A stretch of 64,000 nucleotides of DNA from Planctomycetota bacterium (GTDB taxonomy: Bacteria > Planctomycetota > UBA1135 > UBA2386), in the NCBI GenBank assembly GCA_947501605.1, contig CANMWZ010000001.1:64001-128000 (forward strand), read 5' to 3'. A program made the position numbers and the translations under genes. This document shows, one piece after another, positions 48,620 through 57,942 of this stretch (the first letter of the stretch is position 1; every line of letters starts with the position of its first letter). The notes beneath the pieces were generated by a model. That model did not search any database and was not told the origin of the DNA. It saw only the letters and a list, made by a program, of their open reading frames with translations.

Positions 48620-50179
48620 TCAACGATCGGCCGCCGCGCGCAACCGACGGACGCAGGCTTCCTTGCCGAGCAAGAACAGCACGTCGAACAGGCCCGGCCC
48701 CTTGTCCGTGCCGGTCAAGGCGGCGCGCACGGGGTGCACGAAGTTGCCGAACTTGACGCCAATGCGCTCCGTGAACGCACGACACTCCTGTTCGATTTGT
48801 TGGGGGGTCGAGAACGCGCACACGGGCACCGGCCCGTCCTTCTTGGTCGGCAGTGGAACCGCGCCATCGGCGGCAGTGCGGTCAGCCGGCCAACTCGGCG
48901 GCAGACTGCTCGCGGCGAGCACGTCGGCGTAGCCGCGCAACCAGTCCTTGGCAGCGGGCTCCTTGGTGAGGTTCTTCTGCGCCGCCTCATCGAACTCCGG
49001 CAGTTCGGCGAATAGCCACGACAGCTTGCCGGCGAACTCCGAGAGGATGGCGACTCGTTCTTGGTAGCAGGCCACGATGTTGGCAAGCCACGCCCGATGC
49101 GTCGCCCACGCCGTCTCTGGCACGACACCAGCGAGCCACGGCCGCGCGCGGTCAAGGCACGTAGGAGCCGACAGGCGCCTCACGTATTCGCCACCCATCC
49201 ACTTGAGCTTCTCGTCGTCAAACTTCGAACCGGCCTTGCCGATGTTCTCGAGCTTGAACACCGCGATCATCTCTTCGCGCGTGAACAGGTCACGATCCCC
49301 CGAGAAGCCCCAGCCGAGCAGCGCGATGTAGTTGAACACCGCTTCGGGGAGGAAGCCCTTGTCGCGGTAGTCCAGCATGTTGGTGTCCGCGTCGCGCTTG
49401 CTGAGCTTCTTGCCCTCCTTGTTGAGGATCAGCGGAATGTGCGCGTACTTCGGGCATTCGGCGTCCAGCGCCTCGAACAGCAGTCGCTGCTTGATGCCGT
49501 TCAAGAAGTGCTCTTCGCCTCGGACGACATGCGTGATCTTCATGCCAATGTCGTCGATGACACAGGCGAAGTTGTAGAGAGGCACGCCGTCGGGTCGCAA
49601 CATCACCCAGTCGTCGAGCTCCTTGGTATTGACCTCGACGTCGCCGCGGATCATGTCGTGCACATTCAGCACACGCGCCTCGGGCATCTTGAAGCGGAGG
49701 TTCGGTTGCCGCCCTTGCGCGAGGAACGCATCACGCTGCGCCTTCTCCAGATTGCGGCAGCGCCCGTTGTAGCCAAAGAACCCGGTCTTCTCGGCCTTCA
49801 TCACCTCGCGCCCCGCCTCGATCTCGTCGGGCGTGCAGTAGCACCAGTAGGCGTGACCCGATGCCAGCAGCCGATCGCCCGCGTGCTTGTAGAGCTGCAA
49901 GCGCTGCATCTGGAAGTAGGGGCCGAAGTCCCCGCCCTTCTCTGGACCTTCGTCCCAGTCGATGCCGAGCCACCGCAGACCCAAGAGGATGATCTGCAGC
50001 GACGCGTCCGTCGAACGCGCCTGGTCGGTGTCCTCGATGCGGAGCAAGAACGTGCCACCCATCGCGCGCGCCGCAGCCCAGTTGTACATCGCCGTGCGTG
50101 CACCCCCGAGATGCAGCGGACCGGTGGGCGAGGGCGCGAAGCGCAGACGCGGAGTTGGATGGATCATCCGCTCCACCAT
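48620..50179 (-). CDS. gltX: Glutamate--tRNA ligase
   Basis: RFAPSPTG, HLGG, LRIEDTD, KLSKR. Confidence 0.97.
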   Translation of the reverse strand: MVERMIHPTPRLRFAPSPTGPLHLGGARTAMYNWAAARAMGGTFLLRIEDTDQARSTDASLQIILLGLRWLGIDWDEGPEKGGDFGPYFQMQRLQLYKHAGDRLLASGHAYWCYCTPDEIEAGREVMKAEKTGFFGYNGRCRNLEKAQRDAFLAQGRQPNLRFKMPEARVLNVHDMIRGDVEVNTKELDDWVMLRPDGVPLYNFACVIDDIGMKITHVVRGEEHFLNGIKQRLLFEALDAECPKYAHIPLILNKEGKKLSKRDADTNMLDYRDKGFLPEAVFNYIALLGWGFSGDRDLFTREEMIAVFKLENIGKAGSKFDDEKLKWMGGEYVRRLSAPTCLDRARPWLAGVVPETAWATHRAWLANIVACYQERVAILSEFAGKLSWLFAELPEFDEAAQKNLTKEPAAKDWLRGYADVLAASSLPPSWPADRTAADGAVPLPTKKDGPVPVCAFSTPQQIEQECRAFTERIGVKFGNFVHPVRAALTGTDKGPGLFDVLFLLGKEACVRRLRAAADR

Positions 50180-50212
50180 CGCGTCTGTGGCCGCGTTTTT
50201 GAAGCACGAGGT

Positions 50213-50380
50213 CTAGCAGCCTGTTGAAGAACGCATCCTGCCTGCAGGCGCGGTAGCTGGTCCGATCTCGGCGTCGCACGAACTGCGTCGAATCGGCAGT
50301 TTCGACTCCGTTCGCGCTCCTTGATCGGAATCCAGTTCCCGAGCCCTCGGCGACGGCGCCGTTGTTCCACAGGCGGCTAG
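50213..50380. mobile_element. MITE-like non-autonomous element (168 bp including flanking CTAG)
   Basis: Left CTAGCAGCCTGTTGAAGAAC versus reverse complement of right end CTAGCCGCCTGTGGAACAAC (17/20); no transposase. Confidence 0.7.
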
Positions 50381-51021
50381 GGGACGAAGTCGATCAACTC
50401 GACATGCCAGCGTCGGTCACGAGGCGGGCCCGACGGGCCGTCGTCGTCGCGGAGCACCGACAGGCTGCCAAGCCGAACCCGGAGGTCCTTGCGCGGGTCT
50501 TCGTGCGTCGCCGGAACGCCGAGCAGCGTACGCAGCGAATGACGCACCGTGCCGCGATGCGCGACGACCACGAGATCGCCACTCGCGTGACGGTCGCAGA
50601 GCTCGTGGATCGCCGCCGCCACGCGTGCGCCAAACAGTCGCCGGCTTTCGCCGCCAGGGAACGCATCGGCCTCGCCGCGCTGGTGTTGGGCCCAGAACTC
50701 CGGATGGGCGACCGCGATCTCCTCGGCAGTCAGACCCTCGCACAGCCCAAAGCTGATCTCGCGCAGGCGCTCATCAACAGCGACCCTTGCTCGGTCCCAG
50801 CCATGCGCTTTCACGAGCACGTGCGCCGACTCGGCTGCCCGCTGGAGCGGCGAATGCACGACCCGCACCGTCGGCAGTCCCGAAAACAGCGGGATCAGCG
50901 CGCGGATCTGGGCGCGGCCAAGATCCGACAGCAACACGTCGTTGTGGCCGTGGAACCGGATCGAGGACTGCCCCTCGGTCTCCCCGTGCCGCACCAGCCA
51001 AATGCGGCGCGGCTCGGTCAC
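50377..51021 (-). CDS. Histidine phosphatase (phosphoglycerate mutase family)
   Basis: LVRHGET, SPLQRA, LREISFG, PGGES, VAH. Confidence 0.92.
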   Translation of the reverse strand: MTEPRRIWLVRHGETEGQSSIRFHGHNDVLLSDLGRAQIRALIPLFSGLPTVRVVHSPLQRAAESAHVLVKAHGWDRARVAVDERLREISFGLCEGLTAEEIAVAHPEFWAQHQRGEADAFPGGESRRLFGARVAAAIHELCDRHASGDLVVVAHRGTVRHSLRTLLGVPATHEDPRKDLRVRLGSLSVLRDDDGPSGPPRDRRWHVELIDFVP

Positions 51022-51038
51022 CCCACGCACTCGGGGAC

Positions 51039-51884
51039 TCACTTCAACAGCAGCACGACAATGGTCGCCAACGTGCCCAGCACGGCGATGCCGAGCCCGA
51101 CCAGCACGGCCTTGTTCCAACCGGCATGCTCCTCGATCACGCGCGCCAGCCGATTCGACTGATCTTCGCTGGATCGTCGCAACGAGTGCATCGCCTCCTC
51201 GGTGGTCGCGCGCAGTTCCTTGGCGGTGCCGCGCTGCGTTTCTTCGATGCCAGCTTTCAGTTCGAGCAGCCCATCCTCGCGCCGGTCGACGAGCGCTTGC
51301 GCAGCCTTGGCCTGGCTTTCGCTGTGCGACACCATGGCGCCCATCGACGACTGCACTCGATCCATCGTGGTCTGGAACTCACGGATCGTGGCGACCGTTC
51401 GCTCGTCGCTCTGGGCCGCGCGTTCGAGGGCCAACTCGACGCTCTGCAGCAACGGCGGCAGCGACTGCAGGGTAGTTGCGATCTGCTCGCCGAGCTCGTT
51501 CTGCTTCTCCAACTGCGTGCCCATGGACCGCAACAGTTCGAGCTGCTGGTTCGACAACCCGGGCAACTGCTGCAAGGTCGACGTCGAGTCGACGATACGG
51601 CCAAGTTGCGAGTCCATGCGCGAGTGCATGGAGCGCAGCGCCGAGGTCAGTTCTTGGAAGTGGTTGCCCATCGCCACCAAACCCTCCTCCCGCTCCGTGA
51701 GTTTGCGCGTGGTCCGCGCCTCACCAACAGGAGCACTGCTCGGCATCTGGACGACCGACTCGACGCGCGCGCCTTCGGCCCGCGATCCTGCCGCACCACC
51801 GCGTGAGCCGCTCTCGACCTTGACCGCGCCGCTCGTACGCCACCGCTCCGCGAGACGTCCGAAGATCGAACCCTTCTTGACCAT
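51039..51884 (-). CDS. Coiled-coil protein with C-terminal membrane anchor
   Basis: Helical Q/E/L-rich body, terminal TM AVLVGLGIAVLGTLATIVVLLLK. Confidence 0.8.
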   Translation of the reverse strand: MVKKGSIFGRLAERWRTSGAVKVESGSRGGAAGSRAEGARVESVVQMPSSAPVGEARTTRKLTEREEGLVAMGNHFQELTSALRSMHSRMDSQLGRIVDSTSTLQQLPGLSNQQLELLRSMGTQLEKQNELGEQIATTLQSLPPLLQSVELALERAAQSDERTVATIREFQTTMDRVQSSMGAMVSHSESQAKAAQALVDRREDGLLELKAGIEETQRGTAKELRATTEEAMHSLRRSSEDQSNRLARVIEEHAGWNKAVLVGLGIAVLGTLATIVVLLLK

Positions 51885-52205
51885 GATCCACCTCAGGCTG
51901 GCGTGACCAGGTCGCCAGCAACCGTAGTTTCGGCGCACCGGAGCCCGCGTCGCGCCAGCTACGCCAGCAACTGCGACACGAACGGACCGCCCGATGAGCA
52001 GGACAGCACCCTAACGCGACGGCACGTGCCCGCAAGCCAGGGGACGGGGAATGTCGCTCGTAACTCGGTACGCGCTCTTGAAAGCGAGTCGCCGGCCGCT
52101 ACGGTCTCCGTCCCCTTCCGGAGCCTTGCCGCCCTGTGCGGCAAAGCTCACTGTCGGGCTGCCGGTGCCCCTTCTACCGACCGGCAGCACAGATGGTTGG
52201 CGGCT

Positions 52206-52281
52206 GGGGAGTTAGCTCAGTTGGTAGAGCGCGACAATGGCATTGTCGAGGTCAGGGGTTCGACTCCCCTACTCTCCACCA
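52206..52281 (+). tRNA. tRNA-Ala(GGC)
   Basis: Cloverleaf, anticodon GGC, G3:U70 pair, encoded CCA. Confidence 0.97.
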
Positions 52282-52405
52282 GTTTCTTGCTGGTAGCCCA
52301 AGACCAGGGCGTTTCCGACGGGGGCGATGCGCTAGATGGCACCCCCGCAGGGGGCCGACCCTGCGCCCGAGCAGCCCGGGGCGCCGATCGCCCGCCGACG
52401 CAAAC

Positions 52406-53416
52406 CTACACGCGCACTCGACTGCCGAGCGAGCTGAGGGCCAGCGCCGCGGCTCGGCCGATTTCCGCTAGCGGAACTACCTCGTCGGCCAACCCCGCCT
52501 CGATCACCGAACGGGGCATCGGCGGGGCCACTGCCGTAGCGGGGTCCTGCACGAGGATCCGCCCGCCAGCGAGGCGCACTTCTGCACAACCGTGCGAACC
52601 GTCTCGACCAGGACCGGTCAACACAACGGCTACGACCTTGGAGCCAAACGCCCTGGCTGCGGAGCGGAACAGAGGGTCCGCGGCGGGACGCACGTAGTTT
52701 TCAGGTGGCCCCTGGTTGATCTCCAGCTTCCGCGAGTTCGCCGACACCTGCATGTGATGATCGCCGGGAGCGAGGTAGACATGCCCCTCTTCGATCGCCA
52801 TGTCCTTGGCACCGAGATGGACCGTTCGATCGGTCTCTCGCTGCATCGAGTGCAGCATTGCATCCATGATGAACGCTGGCGCGTGCTGCACGACCAGGAT
52901 GGCGCCGCCCATCGAAGCCGGGATGCTCGGCAGAAAGGTGCGCAAGGCATCCGGCCCGCCAGTGCTCGACGCCACGACCATGACGGGGAAGGGCGCTTCG
53001 TGGCAGGCACGTGCCGGCGGCGTTTTGCTCGCGACCACGACCCTCGGCATGCTCTGGTGCACGCGGGCGTAGCAGCGTTCGACCGCCTCGACGATCTCGT
53101 CGGGTCGCGCGGGCTTGGCCAAGAACTCGTCAGCGCCGGCGAGCAACGCCCGCGTGCGAGCATCGAGCGAGGAGTTGGCCGTCAGCATGACGACGGGCGG
53201 AACCACGGGCTGCTTGCGCAAGTTCTGGAGCAACTCGAGGCCGTTCATCCCCGGCATGTTCCAGTCGGTAACGACGACGTCCGGAGACTGTCGGCGCAGC
53301 GCCGTGATGGCCTCATTGCCGCCAGCCACACAGTGCACCGTATGGCCTGCGCGCGTCAGCACATGAGCGACCAGCTTGCTGGTCGCGGCGTCATCTTCAG
53401 CAAGCAGAACGTGCAT
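52406..53416 (-). CDS. cheB: Receiver + CheB-type methylesterase, orphan
   Basis: REC (LAEDD, DWNMP, AKP) plus SSTGG, VQH, RPAAD.LF.S, LTG.G.DG, VQDP. Confidence 0.9.
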   Translation of the reverse strand: MHVLLAEDDAATSKLVAHVLTRAGHTVHCVAGGNEAITALRRQSPDVVVTDWNMPGMNGLELLQNLRKQPVVPPVVMLTANSSLDARTRALLAGADEFLAKPARPDEIVEAVERCYARVHQSMPRVVVASKTPPARACHEAPFPVMVVASSTGGPDALRTFLPSIPASMGGAILVVQHAPAFIMDAMLHSMQRETDRTVHLGAKDMAIEEGHVYLAPGDHHMQVSANSRKLEINQGPPENYVRPAADPLFRSAARAFGSKVVAVVLTGPGRDGSHGCAEVRLAGGRILVQDPATAVAPPMPRSVIEAGLADEVVPLAEIGRAAALALSSLGSRVRV

Positions 53417-53503
53417 CGTGGGGACCAGCCGGCAACGCAGCTTCGGCAATCCGCTGCCACGCACTGAACCTGGCGTGCAAGTAGTTGGAGCACGGTCGCC
53501 AAC

Positions 53504-55237
53504 TCAGCCGCCCGGACGCTGGAACTCCACTGGCATCCACAGGCGCTCGGGCCAGAGTCCCAGCGGACCGGGTTCGACACCCTGCAGGCGGCGGTCGACG
53601 AGAATCTCAACCAGCGGATGCACGAGCAAGGCGCAGGGTTGGTCGGCTGCGAGCAGCCGGTGGCACTGCTGCAACAGCTCCGCCCGGCGCAGAACATCGA
53701 CTTCGCGTCGTTGCGCCTCCAACAACCGGTCAACCGCCGGGTTGGCATAGCCACCGGGATTGCGCGTCCCGGTCGAGTGAAACAACTCGAAGGGGTCGCC
53801 GAGCGTCGGCATCGAGACCAGGACGAGCCCAGCGTCCCAATCACCGCTGTCACGTCGCTGGATCAGCTCCTTGAAGGCGAGCACTTGCAGCTCGAGCTCG
53901 ACGCCCGCCGTGCTGGCAGCATCGGCAAACAGCTCGCCCATGCGGCGGAACCACGGCGCCTCGCTTGGCACCATGAGGCGGATCCGCAACGGGCGACCCT
54001 GGTCAGCCCCATAGCCAGCGGCGGCCAACAACAACCGCGCACCCTTCGGATCGAAGGGCAGCGGTGACAGTTCGTTCGGGTAGCCGGGCTGGCCGGGCTT
54101 GGCGACGACCGCCGCAGGGCGTGCGACGCCGGCAAACAGGCGGTCGGCAATGCCCTGTCGATCGAACAGGAGCCCCAGCGCCCGACGAACGATTGGATCG
54201 CGCAGATCCTCGCGTTTGGTGTTCCACTGCACGAGATACGCGCCTAGCGAAGGCATGTCGTAGACCAGTCGGCGGTAGTCGGCATCGAGCGCTTTGTCGG
54301 CATCGAGCTGCGCCTTCAGATCGGGGGCGCTGTACCAGTCGAGTTCGCGTTTCTTGAGCGCGGCATACCGAGCGGCCGGCTCGGCAAGGAAGCGCACGCG
54401 GATCGCTGCGAGGTTCCAGTGCCCCGCTTGCTGGCGTCGCCAACTGCCCTCGTGGCGACGGATCGTGAGGTCGATGCCGCGTCGCCAGCTCGGCCGATCC
54501 TCGGTCTCGTCATCGAACCGGTAGGGTCCGGTACCTGGGCCCGGAGACTGTGTCAGCGTGCCGAGCAACGCGCCGAACTCCGGGCTCGTGAACGGCGGCA
54601 TCGATCGACCATCCCGGTTGGCGCGCTCGCCAAGACGAGCAAGCCACCATCGCCGGTTGACGACGATCCAGCTTTCGCCGATCGCGCGCGCCGCCGCGAA
54701 GTGTGGTGCTGCGAACTCGATCCGCAACTGATCCTCGCGGCCGTCCACGCGGGTAACCATCTTGCACAGGCGCATGCCGTCCGCAAGCGAGCCGAGCACG
54801 ACACCCTTTGCCGAGGCGACTGCGTGCGTGAACAGGACATCGTCGAGTGTGAGCGGTGACCCATCGCTGAAGACCACGCCCCGGCGCAGCGTGATTGTCA
54901 TCGCCAAGCCGGACGGTTCGACCTCCCACGACGCCGCCAAGGCACCGCGCAACGCGCCGGTCTCAGGGTCGAGATCAAGCAACGTGTCGTGCGTGAACCC
55001 GAGGACCATACGGCGAGCGACCGCACTGCTGGTCGTGAACGGACAGAGGTCGTTCGGCTCCTCAGCCACCCCGGTGTAGACGTGTCCTTGCGGCGGGTTC
55101 GCCGGATCCAGCGGCGCAGCTACCGACGACTGGTTCGGGCGCAGGTCCGCGTCGTCGCGGCTCAGCGCGACGAAAACGACGGCGACTGCAACAGCAAGCA
55201 CTGTCAGTACGAGCAGGGGCCGCGAAGTGCGACTCAT
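53504..55237 (-). CDS. Family 5 (peptide/nickel) ABC substrate-binding protein, orphan
   Basis: LAASWEV…LRRGVVFSDGSPLTLDDV, GTGPY, DPIVRRAL, YANPAVD. Confidence 0.88.
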   Translation of the reverse strand: MSRTSRPLLVLTVLAVAVAVVFVALSRDDADLRPNQSSVAAPLDPANPPQGHVYTGVAEEPNDLCPFTTSSAVARRMVLGFTHDTLLDLDPETGALRGALAASWEVEPSGLAMTITLRRGVVFSDGSPLTLDDVLFTHAVASAKGVVLGSLADGMRLCKMVTRVDGREDQLRIEFAAPHFAAARAIGESWIVVNRRWWLARLGERANRDGRSMPPFTSPEFGALLGTLTQSPGPGTGPYRFDDETEDRPSWRRGIDLTIRRHEGSWRRQQAGHWNLAAIRVRFLAEPAARYAALKKRELDWYSAPDLKAQLDADKALDADYRRLVYDMPSLGAYLVQWNTKREDLRDPIVRRALGLLFDRQGIADRLFAGVARPAAVVAKPGQPGYPNELSPLPFDPKGARLLLAAAGYGADQGRPLRIRLMVPSEAPWFRRMGELFADAASTAGVELELQVLAFKELIQRRDSGDWDAGLVLVSMPTLGDPFELFHSTGTRNPGGYANPAVDRLLEAQRREVDVLRRAELLQQCHRLLAADQPCALLVHPLVEILVDRRLQGVEPGPLGLWPERLWMPVEFQRPGG

Positions 55238-55256
55238 GGGTGCCTTCGCGGCGGAT

Positions 55257-55634
55257 TCACAAGCAGCGCCCGATCCACGCCCCGCCACTCAGCGAGAGCA
55301 CACTCAGGATGTTCTGCCCAAGCACGTTGCCAACGAACGCCAGCGTGCGTCCTTGCTGCAACAAGTCGAGACTCTCGAACGCGAAGGTCGAGAACGTCGT
55401 GAACGCGCCGAGGAACCCAGTGAACACCGCGGCGACAACAGGTCGCGACCACTGGCCGTCGTGCAGAGCCCACAGCAGGCCGAAGGCAAAGCAACCGGTG
55501 ACGTTGATGAGGAATGTGCCGACCGGGAATCCTTCGATCCACGACTTGGACATCGTCGCCACGAGCAAGCGCGCCAGCGCACCGAGCGAACCACCGGCCG
55601 CGACCGCGAGTATCAGCGCTGCGTGCATCGTCAT
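55257..55634 (-). CDS. crcB: Fluoride channel CrcB/FluC
   Basis: GGSLGALAR, GTFLINVTGC, TGFLGAFTTFSTF. Confidence 0.95.
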   Translation of the reverse strand: MTMHAALILAVAAGGSLGALARLLVATMSKSWIEGFPVGTFLINVTGCFAFGLLWALHDGQWSRPVVAAVFTGFLGAFTTFSTFAFESLDLLQQGRTLAFVGNVLGQNILSVLSLSGGAWIGRCL

Positions 55635-56848
55635 TTCTTTGGATACGTGGCCAGCACCCAGTCGCGCCACTTGGTGTCAAAGGTAGCGGCATCGAGACCG
55701 AACACCTCCTGCAAGGCCGCGATCTGCAGTTTCACCAACTCCTCCGGCGGCAGCCCTTCCGAGGGCACGGACCTGCTCTTGAGCTTCCACATCAGCGTGC
55801 CGAGCTTCTCCGGTGACTGCTCCAAGAGATAGTGGACGCGCGACCAGGCCTGAAGCTCGCCGTGGTAGCCCATTGCCGTAATCTCCGGCCAGGCCGCCAT
55901 CGTCGCAAAGGCTACGCGGGTACGGTCATACTGGGCGCGCGCCCGCACCTTCTTGGCCCAAAGGTGCTGCTCCTCCTCGTTGACGTTGTCCTCGTCTCTT
56001 ACGGTGATGTTGACGAAGTCGGTGTCGACGCGACGAGAAAAGCAGTGGGCCAGACCTTCGGATAGCCAGGGCGGCATGCGGTACTCGTAGCCGCGCAGTC
56101 CGTTGCTGAGGTTGCCAGCAAGCCCGTAGATCACATGGCTGTGCAGCGACGGCTCGTCGTTGACTTCGAGCCCCTCCACCGACACTCCGAACAGCATCTG
56201 TTGGCTGTTGGGCAGGTAGTAGCTGAACGAGCGATCGGCCTTCACGCCACAGAAGCGGTCGAAGTAGCGGGCGAGGTCCGACTTCTTCTGAAACACCAAC
56301 AGCAAGTGCTTGTCGGGCAGCCCGAGGTAACGCCCGTTTGGCGGGGTAGTCGCTTCGCCAAACGTGGCCCCGCCGTTCAGCAGCATCGACTCGACCTCGA
56401 CGTAGAGCTTCTCGGCGCGCGCGGCGAAGAGGTGCAACCGCAGCCACGGGTCGAGCTTCTTGGGCTTCTCCGGCATCTTCGGGAAGCGCTTGCGGAGTGC
56501 CGCGACCTCATCGAGCAGAGCTTTGCGCTGGCCCTGCTTCTCCGGCATCGGCACCGTCCGCAGGTTGCAGCCGATGCGGAAGTGTGCGGTCTCGAGCCAC
56601 AGCACGCGACCTTCGCCGAGCACGCGATCGATGTCCTCCGTGCGGGTGTCCTTCGACCACACAAAGGGCCCGTAGGCGACGTGCCCAGCGGCGGTCAGCT
56701 GGGCGGCGTCACCGCCGGTGTAAGGATCCACCGGCGTCTTGGCGACCTCGTCGTCGTCCTTGCTCTTGCCCTGCGCGGGTAGCGCGCCCGGCGCCGCCAA
56801 AGCGGCACCGAGCAGCATCAAGCAGAGGCGCAGACGAACCGAGGTCAC
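55631..56848 (-). CDS. Secreted DUF1570/zincin-like protein lacking an evident HExxH
   Basis: Signal peptide, ETAHFRI, PPWLSEGLA, QAWSRVHYL. Confidence 0.65.
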   Translation of the reverse strand: MTSVRLRLCLMLLGAALAAPGALPAQGKSKDDDEVAKTPVDPYTGGDAAQLTAAGHVAYGPFVWSKDTRTEDIDRVLGEGRVLWLETAHFRIGCNLRTVPMPEKQGQRKALLDEVAALRKRFPKMPEKPKKLDPWLRLHLFAARAEKLYVEVESMLLNGGATFGEATTPPNGRYLGLPDKHLLLVFQKKSDLARYFDRFCGVKADRSFSYYLPNSQQMLFGVSVEGLEVNDEPSLHSHVIYGLAGNLSNGLRGYEYRMPPWLSEGLAHCFSRRVDTDFVNITVRDEDNVNEEEQHLWAKKVRARAQYDRTRVAFATMAAWPEITAMGYHGELQAWSRVHYLLEQSPEKLGTLMWKLKSRSVPSEGLPPEELVKLQIAALQEVFGLDAATFDTKWRDWVLATYPKK

Positions 56849-57804
56849 TTCGATGCCGAGCCGCCCTTCGCGGCCGCGTCCTCGGCTGCTGCGGGCGCCT
56901 TCTCGTCAGCGGCCGGCACAGGCTGCACCAAGGCGGAACGGCGGATCTCCAGTTCTCGCTCGACGAGCTTCTTGCGCTCGACGTCGAGATCCTGCAGATC
57001 GTCCTCCAACTTCTTGAGTCGGGCTGAATCCGGCCCGCGCTTCTCGATCTCCTTGTCGATGCGACCGCGGATCTCGAGCGCCTGACTGTCAATCCGATCG
57101 AACTGGTTCAGCAACGAACGCAGTTCCTTGACCGCCTTCTTGGCGTCACCTTCGTAGCAGCGGTCGAGGTAGGAGAACATCGTCTCCCACAGCTGCGTCT
57201 GCGACTGGTCGCCGGGCAGCGGCGACTTGTTGCTCCCGTCGGGGTCGACGAAGAACAAGTGCGGCAGCTTGTCGCCTTCCTTTTGCGGCTTGAACATCGC
57301 CGTCAGCGGATGGTCCGCTTCGAGCACGTTGGGCGGCAACTTCACGCAATGGAACCATCGCGTCAGCAGCACCGTTTGCTCGTTGTCGAGCGATCGGCTG
57401 AGCAGCGCGTGATCGGTGCCCTTGCAGCGCTCGCATTCGCGCATGACCAGCAACGGCCGTCGGTCCTCGCGGACGACGAGTTGCATCGCTTGCGCTAGCG
57501 GCAGAGCCCGCTCGCGTTCGATGGAGACAGTTCCGCTCGATCCACTCTGAGTCGTGGGGGCAGCCGGTCTCCAGACCGGATAGTCCCACGAAATCTGCAA
57601 CAAGTCCTTGGTGGTCTTGCCGCGACGGAAATCGATCGGGATGCCACCTCGGCCACCACCTGGGGTTCCGGGGCTCGCACTACCAGGAGCAGGGGCGGGA
57701 GCCGAACTGGCCCCCGAGCTACCACCTCATCATTGCGGCGCGGCGGGCCGCGCGAAGATCATTGCCATCGCCACGCAGGCGATGCTGGCACGGAATGCAC
57801 TCAT
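56845..57804 (-). CDS. Candidate secreted selenoprotein: signal peptide, UGA-UGA (codons 25-26), linker, CxxC thioredoxin-like domain, coiled coil
   Basis: ATG 57804 is in frame with the tracked ORF 56845-57603; the only interruptions are TGA TGA at 57727-57732; SECIS-like hairpin follows; CERC, WFHCVKL, PHLFFVDPDG. Confidence 0.7.
57696..57716 (-). promoter_or_regulatory. Candidate bacterial SECIS element
   Basis: C-GGGGGCC[AGTTC]GGCTCCC-G hairpin; G-rich stem begins after an 11-nt spacer from the second UGA; G at loop position 2. Confidence 0.55.
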
Positions 57805-57942
57805 GAATGCTCTCGTGGGGTTCTGTGCGGGAGGCCAATGCCAAATGGCACCGACGGACCGCAGGCCAAGAGCCTACCCCGGCTTTGGCCTCGAGCAAGC
57901 CTGCGATCTTCTGGCAGCGGCAGACCCGGGCACCGCCGGTCC

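Noticed and set aside
43681..52281. Integrative element bounded by the two tRNAs
   Set aside because: No integrase, no duplicated tRNA 3' end seen, and the content is housekeeping (folE, gltX)
57727..57732. UGA reassigned genome-wide to Trp or Gly (code 4/25)
   Set aside because: Many conserved genes here end in TGA at the expected length (mreB, folE, gltX), and Trp is encoded by TGG
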